Shown here: piece after piece, positions 31,966 through 43,354 of the stretch | How the letters are laid out: every line of letters starts with the position of its first letter | Numbering within the stretch: position 1 is the stretch's first letter | Source of the DNA: an uncultured Phycisphaerales bacterium | GTDB lineage: Bacteria > Planctomycetota > Phycisphaerae > Tepidisphaerales > Tepidisphaeraceae | NCBI GenBank assembly: GCA_963755915.1 | Contig: CAVWLP010000002.1 | Location: 4,768,001 to 4,832,000 of the forward strand | DNA: 64,000 nt | Reading direction: 5' to 3' | Position numbers and translations under genes: made by a program | The notes under the pieces: model-generated | What the model was told of the DNA's origin: nothing | Database searches by the model: none | The model's input: only the letters and a program-made list of their open reading frames with translations

Positions 31966-33695
31966 ATGAGCCAAAGCGTCGCAACAGCCGACACCTCTCG
32001 AAAAAGAAACAAGCTCGGCGCCGCCGGGATCTTCGAATGGTCGCTCGCCGCCGCGCTCACCGTTGCCTGGCTCGCCTTCCACATCCGCTTTTTCCTTCAC
32101 GCCGGCGCACTGTGGCGCGATGAGGTCAACAGCGTCGATCTGGCGACCAGCCCCACCATCTCCGACATCGCCGCCAACCTTCAGCATGATTCCTTCCCCA
32201 TCCTCTGGTTCGTCTTCATCAGATTCTGGATTCGCTGCGGAATTGGAACGTCGGACCCGGGCCTGCGCGTCTCCGGCCTCCTCACCGGCCTGGGCATGCT
32301 CGCCGCAATCTGGCTTAACGCCCGGCGCTTCCGATATCGCACGCCCATTGCAACCCTCACCCTCCTCGGCTTCGCCAGCGCGATGGTCATCTATGGCGAC
32401 TCCATCCGCGCCTACGGCCCGGGTGTTCTGCTCGAATTGCTCACGCTCGGCCTCATCTGGGACGTCGCCACTCGCCCCAGCCCCTTGCGCATTTTCGCCG
32501 CCCTCGTCATCTCACTCATGGCCGTCCAAACCCTCTTCTACAACAGCGTCATCCTCTTCGCCCTCTGCAGCGGCGGCATCCTCGTCTGCCTCGGACATCG
32601 CCATTTCAGGCGGGCCGCGATCATCCTCGCCATCGGCATCGTCTGCACCATCTCCATGCTCCCCTACCGCGTGCTGACGGTCCGCTCCGCCAGCTTCCGC
32701 GCCATGCTTATCCACTCCCCCACCATGAGCTGGCTCGTTTCCAAGTTCGTCGAATCCGTCGGCTACGACAAAGACAATCCCGCCGCCGGCAGCCCCCACA
32801 ACGCCTGGATGTGGGGCATCGCGATCGTCCTTTCCCTTTTGGTCGCCCTGACCGCCTCCCGTCGCTTTCGCGGCTCCACGCCGCGGGGCCAGCCTCTTCC
32901 CCGCGACATCGATTTCCGAAAAGACGTCCTGATCTATCATCTCACCGTCCTCTTCCTCGGCATCGGCGGCTATTGGATCTTTCTCCACGCCCTCGCCTAC
33001 ACCATGCAGCCCTGGTATTACCTCGCCCTTCTCGCCCTCATCGCCTCCTGCATCGACGGCCTTTTCAGCTCGCTCCCATCCACCGCGGTCCGTGTATCCT
33101 TTTGCCTCGCGGCAATCTGCTTTTGCGCTTCCAACTTCAGACCCGTCTGGCACGACGCGGGCCTGCGAAAAACCAGCATCGACTTCATCGCCGCCGATCT
33201 CCCTGAGTTTCAGCGCCCGGAAACCTCATCATCATCAGCCCGTGGTTCTATGCGATCACCTTTCAGCGCTACTATCACGGCCCCACCGAATATCTCACCA
33301 TCCCACCCATGGATTTCATCAAGTACCAGAGATACGAGCAGATCATCCCCGCCATGGAAAACACTCACGCCATGGATCCGGTCCTGAAGCGCATCGCCGC
33401 TACGCTCAGCAGCGGACACGACGTGATTCTCCTCGGCGATTTCGAATACCCCGATTCAGCTGCCACCCCTCCAAAACTGCTCCCCCCAGCGCCGAACGCC
33501 CAAAGTGGCTGGGAAGACAGCCCATACTATTTCTCCTGGAGGGACCAGATCACATTTTTTCTGCAATCCCACACCGTCGGCTGGAAGCGCATCGATGCCC
33601 CGGTCAAGGGAATCAGCGGTTACGAACATCCAAACGTCTTCGCCCTGTGGGGATTCGTCAAACAGCCTCTCAACCCCAAACCGGCCGCGAAATAA
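31966..33695 (+). CDS. Multi-pass membrane protein, GT-C (ArnT/PMT-like) glycosyltransferase candidate (frameshift near 33205)
   Basis: LWRDE loop motif, HDSFP, RAYG, many TM helices and a soluble C-terminal domain. Confidence 0.6.
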
Positions 33696-33698
33696 TTT

Positions 33699-35976
33699 CT
33701 ACTGCCTCGGATCCCCATACAAAATCCCCCGCCCGTGCGTCCCCACATAAACCCGCCCATAAATCCGTGGATCGCCGGTGATCTGCAAAATCAGTCCCCA
33801 TTGATGCTGATCATCATTGATCCTCACCCAGCTCTTCCCGCGATCATCACTGCGAAAAATTCCCGGCTGCCCGTTCAAATCCCCCACCACATAAATCGCC
33901 GGATAGTCTGCCCCCGGCGCAGATTTCCCAAACCCAAACGCATGAATATTCACCGGCCCTCCCACCCCCGTAAACCCCGACGGGCCGACCGGATGACACA
34001 GCCCATCATGCGACGCCAGCCACAAATCCCCTTCCCGATCCGGCGCGGGATAAAGCTGGTCCTGCCCCCCGCGCATCGCCCCGATCCTCTCCGGGCGCGG
34101 GCGGCGCAGATAAAAACATCGCCGTCGAAAATTTCTCTCCCCCATCCACGCTCCAAAAATATTCCCCGCCCGCCACGTCCACCCCATAAAACTTCATCGG
34201 ATTCACGGGATCCGCCACCGGCCGAACCCCCTCCTCAAGTCCCGCGCACCGCTTCCACGAATCCCCCCGATCCGTCGTCAAAAATGATCCGGCCCCCGGC
34301 AACGTCCAGATCCACCTCGTCCCATCCGCGTTCACCGCCACAGACCCATCCCGGCTGTTAAACCCCGGCCCCTTTTTCGCCTGCGTCCACGTCTTTCCCT
34401 GATCCAGCGAATACGCCAGCCCCGGCCCCCCTCGATTCTGACCTCCCGCCAGGTCTCCGCTCCGCACCAGCAGCATCGGGTTCCCCGTTGCCATCGCCAG
34501 GCCCGTCGTGTTCCCAAACCGCGGATTCGTATTCACATCCGCCGGAGGGTTGTCCACGTCCCAATGCTCAAAACTGCCATAATCCCCAATCGCCGAGATC
34601 AGGTGCGGACCAACCTCCGGGCTGATCAGATGCAGCGCCACCGTCTCCTCGATCCCTTTACTAAATACGCTCCAGTGCGTCGGCTTCCCCTCATCGGCAT
34701 TGGTCAGATCAAACGTCTCCCACCCGCCATATCCCGTCGTGAACATTGCATGATTCGGATCGCACGGATCGATCTGAATATCCAGCAGCCAATGGATCGG
34801 CGTATGATGCACATACGGCGCCCCCGAATAATCGTACACGCCCCCACCCGCATAAATCCCCCGCCACGATTTCCCCCCATCCGTGCTGCGATAGAGCTCC
34901 TCGCCCCCCGGATGCCCAAACGTGCTGGCGATAATCGCATCCGGATTGGCCGTATCCACCGCGACCGCCCCATACCCAAACGCCTTCCCATTGATCGGGT
35001 CCGGTTTCTCCGGCGTAATATCCGTCCAGACGCCGCTGCCCGTGTCAAACTTCCATATCGCCCCATTGGTCATCCGCGACGGTCCCGGCGCTGTCCCATA
35101 CGAAAAATAAATCACGCCGTTCGAAGCCATCACCCCATGCGAAGGCCGCAACGAAGTCGGCTCCCCCGCAACCACATCCCACGTCTGCCCATGATCCGTA
35201 CTGCGAAAAACACTCGCCTGCCTGACCAGCGACGCCCCCACATAAATCGTCCCACTTCCCTTCCCCGCCGACCCGCTGCGCGGATCGAAAATCTCAAATA
35301 CAATCCCTGAAGACCGCGGCGAAAAACCAAACCGCCGCCCCATCGGCCGCGTCGAAGGTCTCTCCACTACCTGCGGAAAACTATCCACCTTCTCCCACGT
35401 CACTCCGCGATCCAGGCTGCGCCACAGCCCATTCAGTCGAGAGCCAAAATAAATCACGTTCCCATCATTCGGATCGACTTGAAGTCTCTCCCCATTGCCC
35501 CTCCCATCCTCATTGCCCCCCATCTTGAACGGCAAATCCGTCCGCTGAAAAGTCCGCCCCCGATCATCCGACCGCAAAATCGCCGCGTTGGGCGACGTCG
35601 CATTCGTATACATCCCACACGCCAGATAAACCCGATCCGGATCCGATGGATCAATCGCAATGCTCTCCACCCCCATCAGATTCGTATCCTTATAGGAAAC
35701 CCAATCCAGTATCGGCTGCCAGATTTTCTTGGCATCATCCCACCGATACGCCCCCCCGATATCTGTCCGGCAATACCTCACGCCCTTCGCCGACGGATGA
35801 AACACAATCCCATCCACAAACCCCCCGCCGACGATCTGCACACTTTTCCAAACATACGGCCCCGTTGCCTCCGGCGCCTGCACCGACTGCGCCGTCCGAT
35901 TCCCACTCCCCACGCACCCGCACAAAATCGGAACCACCAGAAGCCACAGCCCACGCGACGATTTAAATGTTTTCAT
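33699..35976 (-). CDS. GH74 xyloglucanase-like beta-propeller lipoprotein (frameshift near 34070)
   Basis: GGGFVDG, RTDIGGAYRW, GGNEDGRGNGERL, GIEET, IGD, BNR repeats, YVGTHGRGILYG. Confidence 0.9.
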
Positions 35977-36130
35977 GGATTCCCAAACCATACCGAGAAA
36001 CCCCCTCATCAGCAAGCGTTTTCTGCATGCGAATTCTCTGCATTTACCCCCGCCCCCGGTACTCCGGTGGAGGCGGGGGGAGGGGGTTCGTCAGATGCCC
36101 TATCGATCAATCATCATTGCTTGAGCGCGA

Positions 36131-37150
36131 CTAAACCGGCAACGGATTCCTCTCCCCAAACCCCGCCTGATGCCAGTACGGATACGTCAACGGCAGCGCG
36201 CTCGCCTCATCCAATCTCTTCACCTGCTCCTTCGTCAAATGCCACCCCACCGCGCCCAAATTATCCCGCAACTGCTTCTCGTCCCGCGCCCCGATAATCA
36301 GATTCGCCACCGACGGCCTCTGCAGCAGCCAGTTCAGCGCAATCTGCGGAATCGTCTTCCCCGTCTCTTTCGCCACCTCGTCCATCGCATCCACAACCTT
36401 GTGCACATACCCCTCCTCAACCTGCGGCCCCATATCCACCACCAACTGGCTCTTCAGTCGGCTCACCGCCGGCTTCGGATGCCCGCGCCGAATCTTCCCC
36501 GTTAATCTCCCCCACCCCAGCGGACTCCACACCACGCATCCCACCCCCTGATCGACCGCCAGCGGCATCAGCTCCCACTCATATTCCCGCCCGATCAAAC
36601 TGTAATACGCCTGATGGGCCACATACCGCGCCAGTCCATATCGCTCCGACACCGCGATCGACTTCATCAAATGCCACCCCGAAAAATTCGAGCACCCGAT
36701 GTACCGAATCTTCCCCGCCCTCACCAGATCATCCAGCGTCCCCAGCGTCTCCTCCACCGGCGTCAGCGCATCAAACCCATGCAACTGATACAGATCGATA
36801 TAATCCGTCCCCAGTCTCCGCAAGCTCCCTTCCACCGCCTCGATCAGATGAAAGCGCGAAGACCCCACATCATTGGGCCCCTGCCCAGACCGAAACGTCC
36901 CCTTGGTCGAAATCAGCACGCGATTTCGCCGTCCCTTGATCGCCTTCCCCAGGATCTCCTCGGCCACGCCGCTGGAATAAATATCCGCCGAATCAAACAT
37001 CGACAGCCCCGCCTCGAGGAGGTGAGTCGCCCCCTCCGCATCGGTGTTTCCCCACTCCTTAAAGAAATCCCCCTTCCCCCCAAACGTCCCCGTCCCCAGA
37101 CTAAGCACCGGCACCTTCAACCCCGACCGACCGAGCTGGCGAAATTCCAT
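36131..37150 (-). CDS. Aldo/keto reductase
   Basis: LGRSGLKV, DSADIYS, STK, DYIDLYQLH, IGCSNF, WSPL. Confidence 0.93.
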   Translation of the reverse strand: MEFRQLGRSGLKVPVLSLGTGTFGGKGDFFKEWGNTDAEGATHLLEAGLSMFDSADIYSSGVAEEILGKAIKGRRNRVLISTKGTFRSGQGPNDVGSSRFHLIEAVEGSLRRLGTDYIDLYQLHGFDALTPVEETLGTLDDLVRAGKIRYIGCSNFSGWHLMKSIAVSERYGLARYVAHQAYYSLIGREYEWELMPLAVDQGVGCVVWSPLGWGRLTGKIRRGHPKPAVSRLKSQLVVDMGPQVEEGYVHKVVDAMDEVAKETGKTIPQIALNWLLQRPSVANLIIGARDEKQLRDNLGAVGWHLTKEQVKRLDEASALPLTYPYWHQAGFGERNPLPV

Positions 37151-37229
37151 GATGGCTCCTTAAAGCCCCCATTCTGCTCGCCGCCCAAAAAATATTCCAC
37201 CGCCAAGAGGCGCGAAGAAAAAACAATCG

Positions 37230-37292
37230 TTTCGAATTTGCTCATTCGAATTTCGAATTTGATTCGTCATTCGAATTTCGAATTTCGAGTTT
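37230..37292. repeat. Heptamer-periodic (TTCGAAT-like) repeat element; related copies at 39505-39642 and 44652-44710
   Basis: TTCGAATTTCGAATTTGATTCGTCATTCGAATTTCGAATTTCG; the 39505-39642 copy is an imperfect inverted pair. Confidence 0.7.
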
Positions 37293-38711
37293 CCGTCCCA
37301 GCTCACGGGCCACGGCGGCAATCGCGCCTTCCCAATCCCCCGCGCACTTCTGTCGAAATAACTTCACCGTCGGATACCACGGACTATTCGCGCGCTCGAG
37401 CATCCACCTCCAGTCCGGCGGAAACGCGATCAGCAGCCACGTCTCCTTCCCCATTGCCCCCGCCAAATGCCCCGCCGCCGTATCCACGCTGATCACCAGA
37501 TCCAAATTCGCAATCAGCCCGGCCGTCTCCGCAAAATCCGTGAGCCGCCCCGACCAATCCGCCACCTCCAACCCCACCGGCGGCGGTGAAGTCCCAAGAC
37601 TGTGAAACCTGCATCCTTTCACCCCCAGAATCGCCCCCCATTTCTCCAGCGGAATCGAACGGTTCCGATCATTGCGATTCGCCATGTTCCCCGCCCAGAC
37701 AATCCCAACTTGCCTGACGCCCTCCGCGCGCCCGATCCTCTCCTTCCACTTCCGAACGATCTCCTCATCCGCCGAAAGATATGGAATATCCGCTGGTATC
37801 GTCCCCAAATCCGTCCCAAACGCATTCGGCAAACTCGGCAGCGCACACTGAAAATCAAACCCCGGCAAACCCTGCCCCGCCACAACAAGCTTCTCAACCC
37901 CCGGCACCCTCCCAAACAGCCGCGCCAACGCCGGCGCACACTCCAAAATCACCGTCCCCCCCTTCGCCGCCACCATCGGCACATACCTCACAAAAAAAAT
38001 CGCATCCCCAAACCCCTGCTCCGGAAAAATCAAAACCCTCTTCCCCGCCACATCCTGCCCCATCCACTGCGGCTCCCGAAACAGGCGCGGCGTCACCGCA
38101 TCCGCACACCACCTCCGCCACTCATATTCCTTCCACCCCTCCCCCAAATTCCCCGTCACCAGTTCCATCAACCCCAGATTCATGTGCGCCGCCGAATATC
38201 CCGGCCGCTGCGCAATCGCCTTCCGATAACACTCCCCCGCCCTCTCAAACTCCCCCAGACACGCCGCCACCGCACCCAAACATAGCTGCGCCTCCGGCAT
38301 GTCCGGCTTCAGCTCCACCCCCTTCACCGCCTCCACTTCGGCCTCCCTGAGCCTCCAACTGTCCCGCAGCACGTTGCTCAGATTCACGTGCATTTCCGCC
38401 AGCCCGGGTTGAAGCCGCACCGCCTCCGAAAAAGCCTCAATCGCCTCCCCCAGCCTCCCCGCGCTCACCAGCACGTTCCCCAGGTTCGTCAGCGCTTCAT
38501 AAAAATCCGCTTTCAGCGCCACCGCCTGCCGAAACTCCCCGATCGATTCCTCCGCCTGCCCAGCGATATTCAGCGCAATCCCCAGCGCATAATGCACCCG
38601 CGCTGCCCGCGGCTCCTGCATCAAAAACCGCCGGCAAACGCGTATCGCCTCCCCCGGCTTCCCCGCATTGATATGCCGCGCCGCCGCTCGTAACACTTCT
38701 TCTGACCGCAT
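37242..38711 (-). CDS. TPR protein with a C-terminal glycosyltransferase family 9-like domain
   Basis: TPR repeats, EQGFGDAI, VGIVWAGN, DLVISVDT...HLAGAMG, WRW...SPWYP. Confidence 0.88.
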   Translation of the reverse strand: MRSEEVLRAAARHINAGKPGEAIRVCRRFLMQEPRAARVHYALGIALNIAGQAEESIGEFRQAVALKADFYEALTNLGNVLVSAGRLGEAIEAFSEAVRLQPGLAEMHVNLSNVLRDSWRLREAEVEAVKGVELKPDMPEAQLCLGAVAACLGEFERAGECYRKAIAQRPGYSAAHMNLGLMELVTGNLGEGWKEYEWRRWCADAVTPRLFREPQWMGQDVAGKRVLIFPEQGFGDAIFFVRYVPMVAAKGGTVILECAPALARLFGRVPGVEKLVVAGQGLPGFDFQCALPSLPNAFGTDLGTIPADIPYLSADEEIVRKWKERIGRAEGVRQVGIVWAGNMANRNDRNRSIPLEKWGAILGVKGCRFHSLGTSPPPVGLEVADWSGRLTDFAETAGLIANLDLVISVDTAAGHLAGAMGKETWLLIAFPPDWRWMLERANSPWYPTVKLFRQKCAGDWEGAIAAVARELGRKLEIRNSNDESNSKFE

Positions 38712-38797
38712 AGTCCAACATCCGTTTTCCCATCGCGCCCGATTTCTGTCCAGTCACTTGACCTGCGCACAGCGCTGGAATAATCCGCGTCCAAACG

Positions 38798-39496
38798 ATG
38801 GATCTCGCCCGCACCGACCCCATCCCCCATCCCGCCGTCCATCGGCTCAGCCTCTATCTTCGCCAGCTCGAATCCTTCAAGCGAAAAGACCGCCGCACCA
38901 TCTCCAGCAAACAGCTCGGCGAAAGCCTCAACCTCACCGACGCCCAGGTGCGCAAAGACCTCGCCTACTTCGGCCAGTTCGGCCACCCCGGCGTCGGTTA
39001 CCGCGTCGACGACCTCATCGCCCAGGTCCGCAAAATCCTCGGCACCGACAAAACCTGGAACGTCCTGCTCGTCGGCGCCGGAAACCTCGGCCGCGCGCTC
39101 CTCGCTTACAATGGTTTCGACGCCAAAGGCTTCCGCCTCGTCGCCGTCTTCGACGCCGACGCCACCAAAGTCGGAAAACGCCAGGGTCCCTTCCCCGGTC
39201 AACCCGGCTCCGACCCCGCCACCAGCAAACGCTTCTTCACCATCCAGCCCCTCACCGAATTAAAATCAACCATCGAAAAACTCGCGATCCGCCTGGCCAT
39301 CCTCGCCGTCCCCGCCGACAATGCCCAGGAAGTCGCCGACCAATGCGTCGAAGCCGGAATCCGCGGCCTGCTCAACTTTGCCCCCGTCTCCCTCAAAACC
39401 GCCCCCGAAATCGCCATCAAAGCCGTCGATCTGGCCGTGCAACTCGAACAGCTCTCCTTCCAGGTGAATTTCACGCCGCTCGAACAACCCAAGTAA
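38798..39496 (+). CDS. rex: Redox-sensing transcriptional repressor Rex
   Basis: RLSLYLR, ISSKQL, QVRKDLAYFG, GVGY, GAGNLGRAL, LNFAP. Confidence 0.95.
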   Translation: MDLARTDPIPHPAVHRLSLYLRQLESFKRKDRRTISSKQLGESLNLTDAQVRKDLAYFGQFGHPGVGYRVDDLIAQVRKILGTDKTWNVLLVGAGNLGRALLAYNGFDAKGFRLVAVFDADATKVGKRQGPFPGQPGSDPATSKRFFTIQPLTELKSTIEKLAIRLAILAVPADNAQEVADQCVEAGIRGLLNFAPVSLKTAPEIAIKAVDLAVQLEQLSFQVNFTPLEQPK

Positions 39497-39646
39497 TTGG
39501 GGTGAAACCCGAAACCAGAAACCCGAATGGCGAATCAATGACCGAATGACCGAATTCCGAATGATTGCCGCGCCGGCATCCCCATTCGTCATTCAATCAT
39601 TCGGATTTGATTCGGAATTCTGGTTTCGGGTTTCGGATTTCCGCCT

Positions 39647-40831
39647 TCACGCCCTGAAATTCCCCACCAACTCCACAAACATCCTCATCCCCACCCCAAT
39701 CGCCGCATCCGTAAAATCAAACCGATCATTATGCAGCGACGGATACCCCCCCGCCCCCACCGGCTCCACGCCCACATAAAAAAAACACCCCGGCACCTTC
39801 TCCAGATAATACGCAAAATCCTCCCCTCCCATCGTGGGCCTTCCCGCCATCAAAAACCGCTGCGCCCCCAGCGCTTCCCGCGCCACTTTCGCCACATAGT
39901 CCGTCATCTTCGGATCATTCACCGTCGCCGGATACCCCTCCGTCCACTCAATCTCCGCGGAACATCGTGAAGCACTCGCCACCGCGCCGATCCTCCGATA
40001 AATCGCGCTCTTCATCGCCGCCCGCGCCCCCGAAGAAACCGTCCGTGCCGTCCCCTCAAACACCGCTTCATCCGGAATAATATTCGTCGCCGTCCCGGCA
40101 CGAACCATCCCCACCGTCACCACTCCCGGCTCCGTCGGATCCACTTCCCTGCTCACAATCTGCTGCAAATCCAAAATCGCCTCCGCGGCCGCCACGATCG
40201 GATCCGCCCCCATGTGCGGAAACGCCCCATGACACCCTTTTCCTCGAATGGTCGCCTTAAAAACATCCGTCGCCGCCATGATCGCCCCCGCCTTCGTCGC
40301 CACCGTCCCCACCGGCAGCCAGGGCCACCCATGTAACCCAAAAATCGCGTTGACCCTCGGTCCGATCCTCCCATCCAACCCCCCCGCCTTCACGATCCTC
40401 TCCGCCCCCCCGCCATTCTCCTCCGCCGGCTGAAAAATCAGCTTCACACAAACCCCCAGCCTCTCTCGCATTTCATTCAAAACCCCCGCCGCCCCCAGCA
40501 GCGTCGCGATATGCCCATCATGCCCGCACGCATGCATCCGCCCCGCATGTTCGCTCGCATACGTCAGCCCCGTCTTCTCCAAAATCGGCAACCCATCAAT
40601 ATCCGCCCGCAGCGCCACGCACGGCTTTTTCACATCCCCAATCACCCCGATCGTCGCCGTCGCCGCCCCCTCGACCCCATCGATATGTTGAATTCCCATC
40701 CGATCAAGCTCCCCCCGAATCACCCCCGCCGTCTTAACCTCCTCATACGCAAGCTCCGGAATCCGATGCAGCCGATGGCGCAGCTCCCTCGCCTCCCCAA
40801 GACAGGCTTCAATGGCAGACTCACAATTCAT
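39647..40831 (-). CDS. M20D family amidohydrolase
   Basis: LRADIDGLP, MHACGHDGH, FQPAEE, GGEDF. Confidence 0.92.
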   Translation of the reverse strand: MNCESAIEACLGEARELRHRLHRIPELAYEEVKTAGVIRGELDRMGIQHIDGVEGAATATIGVIGDVKKPCVALRADIDGLPILEKTGLTYASEHAGRMHACGHDGHIATLLGAAGVLNEMRERLGVCVKLIFQPAEENGGGAERIVKAGGLDGRIGPRVNAIFGLHGWPWLPVGTVATKAGAIMAATDVFKATIRGKGCHGAFPHMGADPIVAAAEAILDLQQIVSREVDPTEPGVVTVGMVRAGTATNIIPDEAVFEGTARTVSSGARAAMKSAIYRRIGAVASASRCSAEIEWTEGYPATVNDPKMTDYVAKVAREALGAQRFLMAGRPTMGGEDFAYYLEKVPGCFFYVGVEPVGAGGYPSLHNDRFDFTDAAIGVGMRMFVELVGNFRA

Positions 40832-40837
40832 CGCAAT

Positions 40838-41194
40838 TCATGTCCGTTCTGCCAGAAAGTATAATTGCCCATCCTGGTCGATTCTGATGAATCTGAACCG
40901 CTCAACATAACCAAGAGCCTCAATCATTCTCGCCGCGACCGCCATGATCGACGGCAAGCGGCTATCCCCAGTATCGATCTCAATCACCGTCAAAGGCAGC
41001 AGCTCCAGATTCTGCTCAAACTTGATCTTCTTATCGACCGTAACCATCACGGCAAATCGCGCCTCGGCCGCCGCAGCCAGAAGCCGTCCGTTTTCAAGCC
41101 GCTCCCAGCCTTGATCTTTTGCGTGCGAAACTGCGTGCCCCTCAAAGATGGTCTTAGCCCGATACGGCATGCAGTTGTCCAGCAGGACGTTCAC
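40838..41194 (-). CDS. DUF5615 / VapC45-like PIN toxin
   Basis: GTG start, NVLLDNCMP...GW..LENGRLL...TVDKKIKFEQNL; GTGA overlap with the upstream gene. Confidence 0.82.
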   Translation of the reverse strand: MNVLLDNCMPYRAKTIFEGHAVSHAKDQGWERLENGRLLAAAAEARFAVMVTVDKKIKFEQNLELLPLTVIEIDTGDSRLPSIMAVAARMIEALGYVERFRFIRIDQDGQLYFLAERT

Positions 41195-41478
41195 AGTTGC
41201 CGCAGTCCTTCGAGCAATCCGCGCGCTGCCAGGTCGATCACTGCCACCGCCTGTTGACGTGTCACCGGCGGAAAGTCTTGAAGAAAAATCTCCAGCGAAT
41301 CCCCCGCTCGCAAATGATCGAACAGATGCTGAATCGGAACCCGCGAGCCCACAAAACACGGCTCCCCATGCATCCGCGCCGGATTAACCGAAACATAGGG
41401 CGCGAGCGGACTATCCCCCGGAATCAATTCCCGTTCCTGCCGCGGCCCTGGATTTTGCAAAGTCTTTATAGCCGCCAT
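41191..41478 (-). CDS. DUF433 family antitoxin
   Basis: NPARMHGEPCFVGSRVPI...GDSLEIFLQDFP. Confidence 0.88.
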   Translation of the reverse strand: MAAIKTLQNPGPRQERELIPGDSPLAPYVSVNPARMHGEPCFVGSRVPIQHLFDHLRAGDSLEIFLQDFPPVTRQQAVAVIDLAARGLLEGLRQL

Positions 41479-41542
41479 AAGGAAATCAATTGTATCGCAC
41501 CAGCCCCATTCGGTCCAAAACTCTTTCGCCCAGCCCGACAAT

Positions 41543-41641
41543 AAATGCATTTTTGCCACAGATATAAATCAGATTCACACCGATAAAAAAACCAATTCAT
41601 CTGTGTTCATCTGCTTTAAATCTGTGGCAAAAATGCATTTC
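41543..41641. repeat. Long imperfect inverted repeat (AAATGCATTTTTGCCACAGAT...ATCTGTGGCAAAAATGCATTT)
   Basis: 21-bp perfect terminal inverted arms, intergenic. Confidence 0.75.
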
Positions 41642-41782
41642 TCCGTGCTCTCCGCGCCCTCTGCGGCGAATCTCCCACCCCAATAACATACGAAGCAGGC
41701 CGCACGCTCGGCCTGCTTCTTGATCCGATTGCCACGGCCCTTCTGGCGAGAGGCCGTGGCGGATATTCGTTGATTTCAAGCC

Positions 41783-42058
41783 CTAATCTGCCGACCCGCC
41801 GCCAGTCGTCTCCTCCAGCATCTTCCGCAGATAAGAATTCTCGCGGCGCGTCGCTTCCAGGTCGAACACCAGATACTTAATGCTGAGCCGAAGATAATCC
41901 AAACTCTCCTGCAGGCTGCTCACCGTCTGCCGCAGCCGCTCGTGTCGCGCCCGCGTTTCATCCGCAAGCTTTTCCAATTTTTGCCTTTCGCTGGGGGGCA
42001 GCGTGCTGATCTCTCCCATCAGCTCCGCAAGTTTGTTATGAAACTCATGCTCGTTCAT
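41783..42058 (-). CDS. Small coiled-coil protein of a conserved planctomycete type
   Basis: MNEHEF...LQESLDYLRLSIKYLVFDLEATRRENSYLRKML; recognised from memory, function unknown. Confidence 0.75.
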   Translation of the reverse strand: MNEHEFHNKLAELMGEISTLPPSERQKLEKLADETRARHERLRQTVSSLQESLDYLRLSIKYLVFDLEATRRENSYLRKMLEETTGGGSAD

Positions 42059-42360
42059 GGCTTTCTTCTTTCTCTCCGAGAACGCGATCCTTTGGACCGC
42101 TATGCTCATTGCCTGAGCAAACGTTAGACCACATCCATGTACGACTGGCGATCCGTCGCCCATCCTTTCCATTCCCACAACCGCCCCGCTCCAACCGCGT
42201 CGCGGAGAGCGCCCATTCCTTCCACAGCGCCAGTCCCACGCCTAGCGGCCGCGACAACTGTTACGGCCTGTCGCCCCCGCTCAACATCCGTCCGCCCCCG
42301 CGATGCAAAAACACCGCATCAACAAATCTCCCGTTGCCTCCGCCGCACGCTTCCGCAAAG

Positions 42361-43281
42361 TTATCCGACCCACACTGCCGCATAACCAACCGCATTGTCC
42401 GGAGATTGCGGCGCTACACTTGCCAGCGTCTGATAACTATTCGTGTGGCGAAGAAGGACCGCCCTTCGGGCTCCCTGGTCCAAACAGGCCGCCATCATAG
42501 CGGCGATCGCGCCCGCGCCGCATGCGTTGTTGTTTAATCTCACCTCAGGCACCACTTTTTCCGGCCGCATATCCGTTACAACCCGCAAAATCCGGCCGTC
42601 GTTTTCCATCGCCCACGCCATCGCCTGCTGACCGACCCCCGCCGGCGCGAATCGATAGTTCGGACCGTAGTGCGTCAGATCGCTGCTCGCCAAATAGACC
42701 GCCGTTATCCCCGCCCTCTTCACCGCCCGCGCCACGCTCCGCCCCACCTCCAGCGCCGATTCAACCGCCGGCACCTCCACCGGCAAAATCTTCGCCCCGG
42801 GCCAGGCCCCCTGAATCAGCGGCAGCTCCACCTCGACCGCGTGCTCCCTCACATGAAACCGATCATCCACGAAAAATCTCCCCGATTCCCCCGTTAATTC
42901 CCGCCTCATCTCCTCCGTCACCCCGCTCTCCCCTCCCGGCACGGCCCATCGCGCATGCGAATCAAACACAGCGCGATCCACCGGAATCGGAGTATGAATC
43001 GCCCCAAACACCACCACCACATCCACGTTCGGTCGCCCCTTCGCCAGCGCCAAAATCCCCTCCGCCGCCACCGCCCCGCTGCATATCCAGCCCGCATGCG
43101 GCACAACGGCGCCGATGCCAACGTCCGCCCCAATCCCCGCCGAACTCTTCTCCAGCCCCGCCCGCCCCAACCGAAACAGCTCTTCCGTCGCCCGCCGGCA
43201 AACCGAAGAATCCGCCGGATAAAACATTCCCGCCACCCCGGGATGTCTCACGCCTCCCGCTTCATGACTTGGCCCCGACAT
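42361..43281 (-). CDS. amrB: AmmeMemoRadiSam system protein B (MEMO1 family)
   Basis: RHPGVAGMFYP, VPHAGW, EHAVEV, SSDLTHYG, ACGAG, VGYAA. Confidence 0.9.
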   Translation of the reverse strand: MSGPSHEAGGVRHPGVAGMFYPADSSVCRRATEELFRLGRAGLEKSSAGIGADVGIGAVVPHAGWICSGAVAAEGILALAKGRPNVDVVVVFGAIHTPIPVDRAVFDSHARWAVPGGESGVTEEMRRELTGESGRFFVDDRFHVREHAVEVELPLIQGAWPGAKILPVEVPAVESALEVGRSVARAVKRAGITAVYLASSDLTHYGPNYRFAPAGVGQQAMAWAMENDGRILRVVTDMRPEKVVPEVRLNNNACGAGAIAAMMAACLDQGARRAVLLRHTNSYQTLASVAPQSPDNAVGYAAVWVG

Positions 43282-43354
43282 CCACGGTATTATAATTCCA
43301 GCCCTAGCGCGGTTGATAACGCACTAACTTTTGGCGACACCCTCCAGGGCTGAA

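Noticed and set aside
38712-38797. Rex operator near rex
   Set aside because: No TTGTGAA-N4-TTCACAA-like palindrome seen.
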